A stretch of 64,000 bases of DNA from Monocercomonoides exilis PA203 (Eukaryota > Protista > Preaxostyla). The notes beneath the pieces were generated by a model that saw only the letters and a list, made by a program, of their open reading frames with translations, did no database searches and was not told the DNA's origin. Position 1 is the first letter of the stretch. Each line of letters opens with the position of its first letter. The DNA is taken from positions 620,001-684,000 of the forward strand of contig LSRY02000016.1 in the NCBI GenBank assembly GCA_001643675.2, in the 5' to 3' direction. Of the stretch, positions 25,601 through 37,060 are shown one piece after another. The position numbers were made by a program, and so were the translations under genes.

Positions 25601-26946
25601 CTTCCTTTTTCTTCATGTTTTCCTCTTTCTTTTCCTCTTTTTCTTTTCCTTCTTCTTTTCCTTCTGTTTTTCCTTCTTCTTTCTTATTTTCCTTTCCATT
25701 CGCTTCTTTTTGTGCATCTTTCACATTGTTTGATGTAACTTTCTCTTCTTTCTCTTTCTCTTCTTTCTCTTTCTCCTCATTCGTTTCTTTCATTTCCTCT
25801 GATTTAATAGCATTCAAATCTTTCTGGTTTTTCTTTTCTCCTTCTTTTTTCTCTTCTTTTTTCTCTTCTTTTTTCTCTTCCTTTTTTTCCTCTTTTCCTT
25901 CTTTTTCCTTCTTTTTCTCTTCTTTTTCCTCTCCATTTTTCTCTTTCTCTTCTTTTTTCCCTTTCTCCTCTGGTTTTTGAAGCACAATAGGAATTGCTTG
26001 TATATTCGGCAGCTGATTAATTAGAGGGGCAGATTCTGTTTGTTCTTTGGCTGAAGAATTAGGCTGAGATGATGATGGAGAAGAAGAAGAAGAAGAAGAA
26101 GATGATGATGATGATGATGATGATGATGAAGCAGAAGCAGAGGAAGATGGATGTGTATCAATGGAAGCTCCTTGAGCTTCTTTCACTGCTTTGTTTTGAT
26201 CAGAACTCACACTTTTCTCTTCCACTTTCTCTTCTTCTTCCTTTTTCTCTTCTTTCTTTTCTTCTTCTCCTTCCTCTTCCTCTTCCTCTTCTTCCTCCTC
26301 TTCCTCTTCCTCTAACACTCTCTTCTCCCTCACTCCATATGTCTTCATCGCATATTCTCTGAAGAACCCTCTCTGCATCGCAAACAGCCCCATCTCTATT
26401 CGGCAGATGTTGACCGATATCGTATCTTCTTCTTTTTCTCCTTCTTTTTCTTTTTCTTTTTCTTTTTCTTTTTCTTTTTCTTTTTCTCCTTCCTCGCTTT
26501 TTTCCTCATTTTTCTTTGTTTTTTCCTGTTCTTTTCCTTTCTCTCCTTCATCTTTCCCTTCTTTCCCTTTCTCTTTCTCTTTCTCTTTCTCCTCTTTCTT
26601 CCGCTCATCTTCTTTCAATCCAACTGACACATTCATCACTCCATCACTTTCTGTGTGTATTCTGTCTTCCTTGTTGTCTCTCTCCTTCAATCTCTTCATC
26701 TGCCTCTTCATTTTGTCCCTTTGCCTACTCATTCTCGCTCTTCTCTTCGTTTTTCTATCATTTTTGCCAATTTTGCTGTTCTGCATTGATTCTTCTGTTT
26801 GTCTCGGGTTTGCTTCGTCTCCTTCACTGAATGCTGAATCAGCTGCGGAAAAGTCCTCAAAATCGCTCTGATTGCTCATCCCTTCGTCCAATGAAGACGC
26901 ATATGACCCAAGCTCTTCACGCATCTTGTCAGCTTTTTCGCCTTCT

Positions 26947-26981
<35 letters not shown>

Positions 26982-29126
26982 CTCTTCCTCTTCTTCTTCT
27001 TCTTCCTCCTCTTCATCTTCATCTGAACTTCCATTGCTACCGTTTCCTTTCCATTTGCCTGTTTTGGATGTTCCCTTGAGAGCAGCAGCAAATTCAGGGC
27101 ATTTCTTCTTCCATCCAACAAACTCCCCTTCACTCAGCAGAAGCTGGCTGTGCTGGCTGACTCCGACTAATTTTTAGGGGGGAGGAAATGAAAAGACAAT
27201 AAATATGCATAAAGAAGAAGGATCAACAAATTGAGAAGGAAAGAATGGATTGTGAAAAAGAATGAAAAAGAGCAATTAAACACAGCATTTAAAGCATTGA
27301 ATAGTGATAATAACAGAAACAAATGCGACACGAATTTTAAAAAGAAATTAATAAATAAATAAAAATTTTCGAATATGCACAAGAAAAGAAAAGATAAGTT
27401 TCAAGTGTGAAAAAAAAAAAAAAGAAAAAGAAAAAAGACGAAATGTATCTCTAATGTGTTAACACAAACCAGTGCTTAATGATTCTTCATACAAAGATGG
27501 AGGTGATGATGAGAGAAAATGAGTGATAATGGGTTCTGCATCGCTAAGAGTGAATTTTCCTATCAAAACAGGTGAGAACGATGGGATTGAATGCAGATGC
27601 TCAGCAAATGATGAATCTGAAGGAAGAACAAGAGACTTGAAATGCTTATGGCGAGGGTGTGGGTGTGGAGGAGGTGGTGAATTCACTGAAGGGGTGGTAA
27701 ATGATTGTGAAGAAGATGAACTTGCAGCATTAGCAGAAGGGACAGAAGAACTGACTGTAGATGCAGTTTTAGCTGTAGTTTTAGCTGCAGTTGCGGTTGT
27801 GGTTGTAGATGTTGCTTGTGCACTTCCCTGAGCAGCAGATTGAGAGTACTCCCTCCTCTTCATGTGATAGAAGTGCAGCACATTGTCCTTTGTCACGATC
27901 GACCATATTCTCAGACGCCGATTGAAACGAAATGATTGGATGGATGAATGAGAGGCAGAGGATGAAGAAGATGAAGAAGATGAAGAAGACGAAGTTGATG
28001 GAGAAGAAGATTGTGGCGATAGTGATGATGATGATGACACAAGTACAGCAGCAGGCCTATTATCATTCTCTGATTCTGATTTCTGTTGGAATAGCTTGTC
28101 TTGAACAAGAAAAACTTTCCAGTTGCTTTCTTTCCCAAAGACTACAATAGCTTCTCTTTCAATATCGTCAACTACAATGTCTATTACACTCATAAATACA
28201 TCATAGTCTTCGCCATTTGGATTTGCTTCATCTCCTTCCTTTTTGTCTTGCGCAGGATCGCCAAAGCGAAATATCTTCATTGCAGGTACGTCTGTTCCAG
28301 CACCAAAATCTGCGCGTTGCTCGCTGACATCTATTATTGCTATTTCATTTGCTGAAATCAACCCATAGAGAGTTTTTCCATTCGGGCTAAATATTAACTG
28401 TTTCAATGGTTCTTTGCTTTCTTTCTTGTAGATAAGACGGCACATCCTATCAAAATTTGGTGAAACAGAAGATATACTTGTTTTCTCGAAATCTACAAAG
28501 CTTTCGCTTAGATTCCACATAAATATCCCGCGATCAGTTGCAATAGCGAATATTTCTCTGTAAAAAAAATAAACTCAAGCAAACAAAACAGTAAATTAAC
28601 AAACTCGTGGTTCGGATCCCATGCAAATGCAGTAATTTTGAAAGCACTATCGCAAAAGTGAAGAATTTTTGATGTTCTTTAAGTAAAATAAATTAAAAAA
28701 TATTTTTTTACAAAATATAACCAAGAAATCAAACGTAATCGAATCTAATTCTGTATCAAAAGTTATTTGATGTATCATCAATGTTCCATTTTCGTCTGCA
28801 CTTGCGACAATCGGTGATTCACTTAAATGATTTGAAAAATTACTATTAACAAAATTAATCATATTTGAAAACCTTTCCACGTCGTGAAATTGTAGCATCG
28901 TTATAGCGGATGTATGACAATCAAGTTTCAAATATTTTTTTGATGGTATATGAAAAATCCTAAGAGATTTTGCATAATCAGTATATGCAGAAGATCCTTG
29001 GCCCTTGAACAAAAATGAAGCTGCTGAAATTGCAAATATTGAATTTCCATCAACAAATGAAGGAATTGTTGCGAAATTTCCAAATTTTGTAATTCTATTA
29101 ATTGCCTCAATCACATTTTTACTCAT
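19644..29126 (-). CDS. EDC4: Probable enhancer of mRNA decapping 4 (EDC4/Ge-1/VARICOSE)-like protein, ~3,000 aa: N-terminal WD40, huge low-complexity linker, coiled coil
   Basis: ORFs 28647..29126, 27459..28520 and 19644..26924 splice in frame via three GT-AG introns (~28734-28678, ~28605-28558, ~27469-27167). WD40-like LRIFH..KLDCHTSAITMLQF...IVASADENGTLMIHQI and ITAFAWDP, plus helical FIEQLTREVLLPSLVDGSNDAMKQ, recall EDC4 motifs. Gene model is well supported; the orthology call is by eye only. Confidence 0.55.
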
Positions 29127-29827
29127 TGAAATAATTTGATCATGTAACCATAAAAATCAAAATTGATGTTCATGATAGAAAACTTGACAAGTTAATAAAA
29201 AAAGGAAGATTGAGTGTAATGTGAAATTACAATGTTTGAAATTGATTACGCATTAAGCAAATTTATTGATTTATGAAAAAAAGAAAAAATTGTATTTCTC
29301 TTTTCCAGCGAGTAATTTGGTTTTTTTTATTTTTATGGAAAAATGTAGAACTGGAAAAGCAAGTTTTGCAAATAGTTCGATTTTCTTTCAACGACTCCAT
29401 TCAAACAAAGAAATTAAGGTGTGAAAGTGTTATGAGAATTTAATTATCAATTGTTGCATTTTCACACAACTGAATCAAACATTTGGTTTTAGACAAAAGA
29501 AATCGTATCTTGAAATCATTATCTTTGAAAAAGACAAAGAAAAAATATAATAATTTGAAATTTATTCAACGTAAACCCTGGTTGATTTGAAGAAACAAAA
29601 TTGCAATTTAATTCATTAATTATCCACTTTTAAAAAAAAGATAATTATTCAACAATAAAACATGTTTGAAACTCACTTCCGATTAACATCAAAGTGCAAA
29701 ACGAGCTTCCATTCAGTTTTCGAGCGACAGATGGTTATCAAAATAATGTTTATGAGGAGTTAATATATCCGAAATGATTAATGAAAATTTCGATCTCTGA
29801 GAAATAACATATAATTTTGGAAACAAA

Positions 29828-32800
29828 ATGCCAGAATATTGCAACGACTCAAGCACAACAGATAGCAGAAAAGGGAACACGGATGGAAAAAATGATTTAT
29901 CAGAACGAGGAAGCAATGTTTCAGGGATATTAAGAGCCAAAAAGCGTCCAAAGAATTATGAGGAACAGAGCAACTTCCTGGCAAATTTTTTGTTCCTGTT
30001 CTTCTTCCGGTATGTGTTCCGGAGGCAGCCGATCATGGACGAGGATGTGTGCGAGATTGCGGAGGAGAACTCCGTTGAGGTTAACTTCCCGAAGGTGAAA
30101 AAGAAGTGGCAGGAGCGATTTCGGGCGTACATGGCAGAGCTTTCAGCATTCAATACTGAGAAGAAAGCATGCGAGCAGGAGGGAAGGAAATGCCAGAGGA
30201 AAGCACCAACGCCACCGTCAATCGTGAGAATAATGGTGATGCTAGGCGGATGGCGGGTGTTCGCATCGCAAATGTTTATTGGATTGACTGCCGTGCCGAA
30301 ACTGGTGAGTCCATTCTTGATGCGGTCATTGCTGGAGGCGCTGGCAGCGAAGAGGGCAAACGACGCAGCGGGGCAGGAGACATCTTTTCCTGTGGGTATA
30401 GCATCAGGGCTTATTGTACTGCCACTTTTCACAGGGCTCTGTGAGGCGAATGGTTATCGATTTATCATCAATATAGCTGGGCAGATACGGACAGGGATCA
30501 GTGGAATGATCTACGACAAGACACTGCACCTGAACATTGCGGCTCAGACGAAAATTGATGTGGGAAAGCTAGTGGCGCTGATCTCGACGGACATACAGAA
30601 CATAACGGATACGCTGATGGATTCGATGGAAGTCTCTCAGTATCCTCCACTTCTTGTAGGGGCATTTATAATGCTGGCCGTTGAAGTTAAATTTTACTCG
30701 TTGATTGCGCTGATTCTAATGATGTTGATCTTCCCGATACAGGGAATGATAACAAGGGAGATGCTGAAAGGGTACAGTCTTTATTTAGAGGCGAACGAGG
30801 AGCGGTTGAAGGCAACGAACGAGATGGTGCAAGGGATTCGGATGGTGAAGCTGGGGGGTTTAGAGTCAGTGTTTCTGGAGCGGATTGAGAAGGCGCGAAA
30901 TGTGCAGCTGAAGCACTCGGCGCACTTTGTGTTTGCGCTACAGATGATGTACTCATCGCTGTCTGCATTTCCGATGTTTCTGGAGTCGATTGTGCTGGCT
31001 TCGTTTTTGAAGGGGGAAGGGATTGCAGAGGAGGAGGTTGTTTATTTTTTTTATCCGATTGAGAGTATTCTGGGGATGTTCACATTTGCCGCTGGGTCGC
31101 TGCCGATGGTGGTGCAATCTGCGGCAATGCAGTTTACGTCTGCACAGCGGATAGGAGAGTTTCTGCTTCTGGAAGAACGAGAAGATTATGTGGAGGAGAT
31201 TTCCGAAAGAGACGAAGAGGAGGAGAATGAGGAAATGGAAGCGGAAGCAGAAACCGAAGAGAGAAGGAAAAGGATAGAAGAAAAAGAGGTGAAACAGAAA
31301 AAGGAGCATTCAGTGATCATCAGGAACGGTACATTCAAATGGCTGGATCCACCAGTGATTCCGCTGATGATTGAAGAGAAAGAGGAGATGGAGAAAGAAA
31401 AGAGAGCAAAGGAGAAGAAAGAGAAGGCAGAGGCAAAGAAGAGAAAGAAGGAGAAGAATTGGAAGAAGAAGAAGGAAGAAGATGAAATGCATCTCCTGGA
31501 AATGAACGAAAATGTGTTTGTCACGTCTTTTCATTCGAACGAAGCAACGGATAAAAGAGTGCGAAACGAGGAAAATGAAAGAAAGGCTGCCGAGAAGTAT
31601 CGATCGAATGTGGCGCTGAGAGATATCAACCTGAAAGTGAAGAAAGGAGAGCTTGTGTTTGTGGTTGGAGCAGTGGGGAGCGGGAAATCATCACTTCTGG
31701 CAGCTATCAGCGGGGACATTGCAAAGGCAGAAGAGTTAGGGGAAGAAGGAAAAGAGACAGAGAAAGAGGAAAAGGAAAAAGAGGGGAAGAAGAAAAAGAC
31801 AGAAGTGAAAGTGAGAGGACGAGTGATTTCGTTTTCACAGACTCCGTGGATCTTCAACGGGACTTGCAAGGAGAACATCCTGTTTGACAGCGAAATGGAC
31901 ACAGAGCGGTACAACGAATGCGTGTCAGCATGCTGCTTGGAGCCGGACTTCGCAGTGTTGGGTGCAGGAGACGAAACGGCCATTGGGGAGCGGGGGATCA
32001 ACCTGAGCGGAGGACAGAAGGCGCGGCTGCAACTGGCAAGGTGTGTGTACGCAGACTCAGAAGTGGTGCTGTTGGACGATCCTTTGTCAGCGGTGGATGC
32101 ACATGTGGGGAAGCGGCTGTTTGAGGTGTGCATTGTGGGGTTGCTGAAGGAGCGGCGCGGAGCTACCGTGGTTCTGGCGACGAATCAGGTGCAGTATGCA
32201 GACCGGGCAGATATGGTTGTTGTGATGGAAGGAGGAAGGATTGTGGCACAGGGGACGAAGAAGGTGCTGGAGGAAAAGGGGATTGACCTGATGCGGCTGG
32301 CGAGGAAGTGGGGGAAGGAAGGAAAAGAAAAGGGGAAGGAGAAAGAGAAAGAGAAAGAGAGAAAAGAGAAAATGGAAGAAGTTATGGAAGCAATGAATCC
32401 GATCACTCGAAAAGAGAAAGAGATTCAAACAACGACAGCAACGATGGTTGTAGAAACCTTCACAGAGAATTGTTTTTCTTCACACTTTTCTTCTCCTTCA
32501 CCTTCACAAACTCCAGGAGATGAGCTTCTTGCATTGGGCATAAATTCCCCAACAGCTATTTCAGAAGGAGAAGGTGAAAGAGAAGGAAAAACAGAGGCAG
32601 ATGCAGAATTCGCGAAAAAAGTGGCGAAGAAGATCATGACTGAAGAGGAACAGATGCTGTCTGGTGTGCCGTGGAGGATCTACTTCGACTATCTTGGGAA
32701 GCTGGGCACTCCTTTGGCGGTATTTGGCTATCTGGTGCTGCTGGTGGTGTGCGAGGGGGTGAACACGCTGAATACGTACTGGATGAACGTCGTGAGCACA

Positions 32801-34600
32801 CCGGAGCTGCTTGCAGGGTTAGGGTTTGACTGGAAGCTGGGGATGATGGGCGTGCTGGCAGTGGTTTTCCTGGGGCTGGTGGTGGTACGGGCAGCGGTGT
32901 TCTCCGCACTTACAATGCGGGCTAACAGGCTGATCCACAACGAACTGGCGACGCATGTGGCGGGTTGTCCTCCGGTGTTCTTCGATACGACCCCCGCTGG
33001 GCGAATTTTGAACAGATTCAGCAGTGACATCACGAAGACAGACACAGACCTGCATGCAACTTTCACGTATCTGCTGCAAACGTGGCTCGGGGTGGTGGGG
33101 ACGTGTGTGGTTGGAGCGATAGACTGGCCTTATTTTTTGGTGTTCGTGGTGGGGGTGCTGGGGCTGTTGCATGTGATTGTGCTGGTGTTTCCGCGGACTT
33201 CGAGCAATCTGACTCGGTTGGAGGATATCATGCGAAGCCCAGTGATGGCTCAGTTCACAGAGACTGTAACTGGGGCAGGGCTGAGCACGATCAGGCAGAC
33301 GAGGAGGGAAGGGGTGTGGGAGGGGCGGTTTGCGGAGAAAGTGAACATGTGGAGCTCGGCATTCGTTCTTGTGAGAGAGGGGATGCAGTGGGCGAACGTG
33401 ATGATCCAGGTGATCTGCTGTCTATTTATGGCTGGAGTGACAGTGCTTGGGTGGTACTACATGAGAGCATCGAGTCTTGGGCTGGCAGTGTCTGCGTCGC
33501 TGAACTTGGGGTGGCAGGGTACGCTTCTTGTAACTATGGGGGTGCTTGTGGAGTCGATGATGACGAATCTGGAGCGGATTCGGTTCTACTCGACAAAGCT
33601 GCCGCAGGAGTCGAAGCGAGTGGAGGTGGAGCCTGCGCCGAGCTGGCCGAGCGAAGGGGAGGTGTCGTTTGAGGATGTGTCGTTCAGGTACCGGCCGGGG
33701 TTGCCGCTGGTGCTGAAGAACGTGTCGTTTAGGATCAAAGGAGGGGAGAAGATCGGGGTGTGTGGGCGGACAGGGGCAGGAAAGACGAGTCTTGTGCAGG
33801 CGCTGTTCCGGCTGGTGGAGCTGGATCCAGAGCTGATGCCGCAGCTGATCGATGTGGAAACCGGGCTGCCTGTGGAAAAACAGAGTCAGTCGTCATCTGC
33901 TCCGCACTCAAGTTGTAGCTCTTGTAATGGTTCGTCATTGGAGCTGATGGAAGAAGGAGGTTACGTTGGAGAGGAGGAGGAGGAGCAGAACAGCGGGCGA
34001 ATTGTGATCGACGGAGTGGACATCTCGAAGGTGGAGCTGGGGCGGCTGAGGAGGTCTATCGCGATCATCCCGCAAGACCCGACGCTGTTTGAGGGGACAG
34101 TGCGGATGAACTTAGACTTAGCAGGCAAACAGAGCGATAAACGGCTGTGGGAAGTATTGGAGCAGGCAGAGATGGGAGATGTGGTGCGGGGGATGGAAGG
34201 AGGTCTGGAGGGAATTGTGGCTGAAGGTGGAGCGAACCTGAGCTGCGGGCAGCGGCAGCTTCTGTGCCTGGCGCGGGCGATTGTTGACGAGTGCAAGATA
34301 GTGGTGCTGGACGAGGCGACAGCAAATGTCGATGCAGAGACAGACAGCAAGATCCAGCACACAATCCGGACTTCGTTTGCGGATCAGACGGAGATAATTA
34401 TTGCGCATCGGCTAAACACGATTGTCGGGTGCGATCGGATTCTGGTGATGGACAAAGGAGAAGTGAAGGAGATGGATACACCGCAGGCACTGATGAAAGA
34501 CCCAGCATCGTTGTTTTCGCAGCTGCTGGCACACTCAGGGCTGGGTGAGAAGGGAGAGGAAGGCAGGAAATACAGCAAAGGAACGAAATATGTGAATTAA
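29828..34600 (+). CDS. ABC transporter subfamily C (MRP-like), TMD-NBD-TMD-NBD, intronless, 1,590 aa
   Basis: Walker A GAVGSGKSS and GRTGAGKTS; signatures LSGGQKAR and LSCGQRQ; Walker B LLDDPLSAVD and VLDEATANVD; ABCC motifs FFDTTPAGRILNRFS, WPSEGEVSFEDV..RYR, IIPQDP, IIAHRL. Confidence 0.95.
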   Translation: MPEYCNDSSTTDSRKGNTDGKNDLSERGSNVSGILRAKKRPKNYEEQSNFLANFLFLFFFRYVFRRQPIMDEDVCEIAEENSVEVNFPKVKKKWQERFRAYMAELSAFNTEKKACEQEGRKCQRKAPTPPSIVRIMVMLGGWRVFASQMFIGLTAVPKLVSPFLMRSLLEALAAKRANDAAGQETSFPVGIASGLIVLPLFTGLCEANGYRFIINIAGQIRTGISGMIYDKTLHLNIAAQTKIDVGKLVALISTDIQNITDTLMDSMEVSQYPPLLVGAFIMLAVEVKFYSLIALILMMLIFPIQGMITREMLKGYSLYLEANEERLKATNEMVQGIRMVKLGGLESVFLERIEKARNVQLKHSAHFVFALQMMYSSLSAFPMFLESIVLASFLKGEGIAEEEVVYFFYPIESILGMFTFAAGSLPMVVQSAAMQFTSAQRIGEFLLLEEREDYVEEISERDEEEENEEMEAEAETEERRKRIEEKEVKQKKEHSVIIRNGTFKWLDPPVIPLMIEEKEEMEKEKRAKEKKEKAEAKKRKKEKNWKKKKEEDEMHLLEMNENVFVTSFHSNEATDKRVRNEENERKAAEKYRSNVALRDINLKVKKGELVFVVGAVGSGKSSLLAAISGDIAKAEELGEEGKETEKEEKEKEGKKKKTEVKVRGRVISFSQTPWIFNGTCKENILFDSEMDTERYNECVSACCLEPDFAVLGAGDETAIGERGINLSGGQKARLQLARCVYADSEVVLLDDPLSAVDAHVGKRLFEVCIVGLLKERRGATVVLATNQVQYADRADMVVVMEGGRIVAQGTKKVLEEKGIDLMRLARKWGKEGKEKGKEKEKEKERKEKMEEVMEAMNPITRKEKEIQTTTATMVVETFTENCFSSHFSSPSPSQTPGDELLALGINSPTAISEGEGEREGKTEADAEFAKKVAKKIMTEEEQMLSGVPWRIYFDYLGKLGTPLAVFGYLVLLVVCEGVNTLNTYWMNVVSTPELLAGLGFDWKLGMMGVLAVVFLGLVVVRAAVFSALTMRANRLIHNELATHVAGCPPVFFDTTPAGRILNRFSSDITKTDTDLHATFTYLLQTWLGVVGTCVVGAIDWPYFLVFVVGVLGLLHVIVLVFPRTSSNLTRLEDIMRSPVMAQFTETVTGAGLSTIRQTRREGVWEGRFAEKVNMWSSAFVLVREGMQWANVMIQVICCLFMAGVTVLGWYYMRASSLGLAVSASLNLGWQGTLLVTMGVLVESMMTNLERIRFYSTKLPQESKRVEVEPAPSWPSEGEVSFEDVSFRYRPGLPLVLKNVSFRIKGGEKIGVCGRTGAGKTSLVQALFRLVELDPELMPQLIDVETGLPVEKQSQSSSAPHSSCSSCNGSSLELMEEGGYVGEEEEEQNSGRIVIDGVDISKVELGRLRRSIAIIPQDPTLFEGTVRMNLDLAGKQSDKRLWEVLEQAEMGDVVRGMEGGLEGIVAEGGANLSCGQRQLLCLARAIVDECKIVVLDEATANVDAETDSKIQHTIRTSFADQTEIIIAHRLNTIVGCDRILVMDKGEVKEMDTPQALMKDPASLFSQLLAHSGLGEKGEEGRKYSKGTKYVN

Positions 34601-35317
34601 TAGGGTGTTAGAGAAAGAGAGAGATGAGGCAAAGAGTATTGGCTGGCTTTATGTATTCACACAAACACGAATGAAATGTGCAGAACTGATTTGGAGTGCT
34701 TTTCTGTGTTATCGTTTATTTTGGCAGAAACGATTGGAACTTTTCATGTTCTGGTGCAGCATTCATTCATTTTTCATGTTTCAGTTTTTTTTATTTGTTT
34801 TTACTTTCCTCTTTCTTTCTCTTTACTCTTTTCTTTCATATTGATGGATAGTGTTTCTAATTTTTCTGAAAACAATAAAAAAAAATTATTTTTTGTTTGT
34901 CGAAGCATCATTTTCCATTTTCCGTCATTGGTGTTTGCTTGAGAAGAACTGATGGTGGAAGATTGATCTATTTTAGTATTTTTTCATTTGTTTTTATTGA
35001 ATCGTTTTGGATAAGGTTCTAAGGGTTTTATAAGTTCTGTTTTTAACAACTTTTTTCTGATAAGTTCGTTTTTCAACGTTTTTTTGTTCATAGATGTGAG
35101 GAAAAGATCAATATCCATTTATATTCAAATTTGTTATGTTTTCAAAAGTAGCCTTTTTTTTCTTTTTCCTTTTTGAATTGATATGAAGTGAATTTTCCGT
35201 TTCTTCTGAGTTTTTACGTTAATTATGTGTACGTGGTGATTGAGGCATATTCCGTCTTTGCTGACCAGAAGTTGTTTGTTTTGTGTGTTGCATGTTTTGA
35301 AGATCTTAGTTGGTTTC

Positions 35318-35319
<2 letters not shown>

Positions 35320-35369
<50 letters not shown>

Positions 35370-35372
35370 CTC

Positions 35373-35422
<50 letters not shown>

Positions 35423-35443
35423 CTTTCTCTTTCTCTTTCTCTT
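35320..35443. repeat. Compound pyrimidine microsatellite (CT)n-(CTTT)n-(TTTCTC)n
   Basis: Direct observation. Confidence 0.9.
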
Positions 35444-36334
35444 TGTTTTTTTATTTTTTATTTTTTTTTTTTGAACAAATGAAAACTTTCTTTTTCTAAA
35501 TTCATTCCCTTTTCCCTGTTGTAATTGTTTTCTCAGCCTTTTGGTTAAATTAACTGCTTGCTATTGCGTTTGAGAGTAGGACTCTTTTGCAACGAACGTG
35601 TACTGAGTTTTTCAATGAATAAAAAAGAAATAACATGTGCGAAATATTTTATTCAATGTCTGTTTGTTGGTATGATGAGATGTGCGGTAGGTGTGCCTTT
35701 AAGGGTAGCCCGAAGCAATGGAAAGGAACTGTGAAGAGGAGAGGAGGCGGATGTTTTGTAAATTGTTGAATGTCTCCATGCATGAGAAAAATGAGTTAAA
35801 TATTGAAGATGTATTGGTAAATGGGTATGATACGACCAGTTAAAAAAAATTAATGTTAAAACGATTTCTTTTTCATATTCATATCAGATAAATCATTAGC
35901 TTAATGAAGATAAAGTAAATTTTTTTCATCAATTTTGATTAAAAAAGGAACTTATAATTTTTTCAATTTTTGAATTGTGATAAACAATTATCTTGATATT
36001 CAAGCCCAAATATTTTTATAAATGAGTAAAAATGAAATTTCTTTTAGGGTTAACCCTAATTCATAGAGTTCTGTTGTAAAAACAAGTTAATAGGATTAAA
36101 AAAAAAGCCAAAAAGAAAACATGATTGAATTAAATGATGGACTTGATCAAAGATATTTAAATCTTTAAGATTGTTTTTGTTGGTTGATTATTTAATTTTT
36201 GAATAAAATTTGCAGACTAAACTTTATTAATGAGTTCTTGAAGCCATGTTTCAATACAGTTTTTGTTATTTTCTAGAAAAAAAATCATTTCCGGCCGAAT
36301 GATTCACTTTTGCAGATGTATAAACATGCAATAG

Positions 36335-36769
36335 GTGGAAAACACTGTAAGTGTTTGAAAACCAGGTAGTTGATCACTCGAAATAGTCAGTTTTTTCAAC
36401 GTTAAAGTCCTCTCGATTCATTTTAAATGGTTTTATTTTTGTTTTGTAAGATTTTAGTAAATACTAAATTTTGTGTTTATTTAAAAAAACGTGTGATTTT
36501 AATTAGAAAATTATTATTAATAATTGATCAAAACCATAAAGATGTAAAAATTTGTTGACAAACACAACCACAGCTTGGAAGAACAGTTTGAAAAAAAATA
36601 TTTCAGCAGACATTGAAAACAATTAATATTTCTTTTAACTTGCAACAATAATTTTAGTGAATATACATGCTGCATACCTTTTTTCGAAGAGTGTACATTT
36701 TTTGTGATATATCAAAATTCTTTTGAAAAGTTCCTTTTGTTTTATCATCAAATAAAGTTAAAATTTCAT
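36335..36769 (+). repeat. Left arm of 435-bp inverted repeat
   Basis: GTGGAAAACACTGTAAGTG...AAGTTAAAATTTCAT; reverse complement of 42927-43361, with one mismatch seen by eye. Confidence 0.95.
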
Positions 36770-37060
36770 GTAGGCCTTTGCGACACACTGACTTTGTCAA
36801 ACGGAAACGACAATCCGACCGACAGGGACGTTCAAAACTCTTTTGAGACTTTTCAATTTGGAAAATTTTTAAAATTGGAAAATATTTAATTTCAAATATT
36901 TTTTTAACTCCATTTATTTTAAGAATTTAAAAATGAATAATAAAACATGAAAATGCAAAAAGAATTTTTTTGTTGTCAAATCGACAGATCTTTTCGACTT
37001 GATCATATCTAGATCAGTCTGTCTGTCTAGATCAGTCGGTTTGTCGAGATCATTTGAAAA

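Noticed and set aside
8138-28355. Many plus-strand and alternate-frame ORFs (poly-Ser, Phe/Ser- or Leu-rich)
   Set aside because: Shadows of stop-poor low-complexity sequence in the two giant minus-strand genes.
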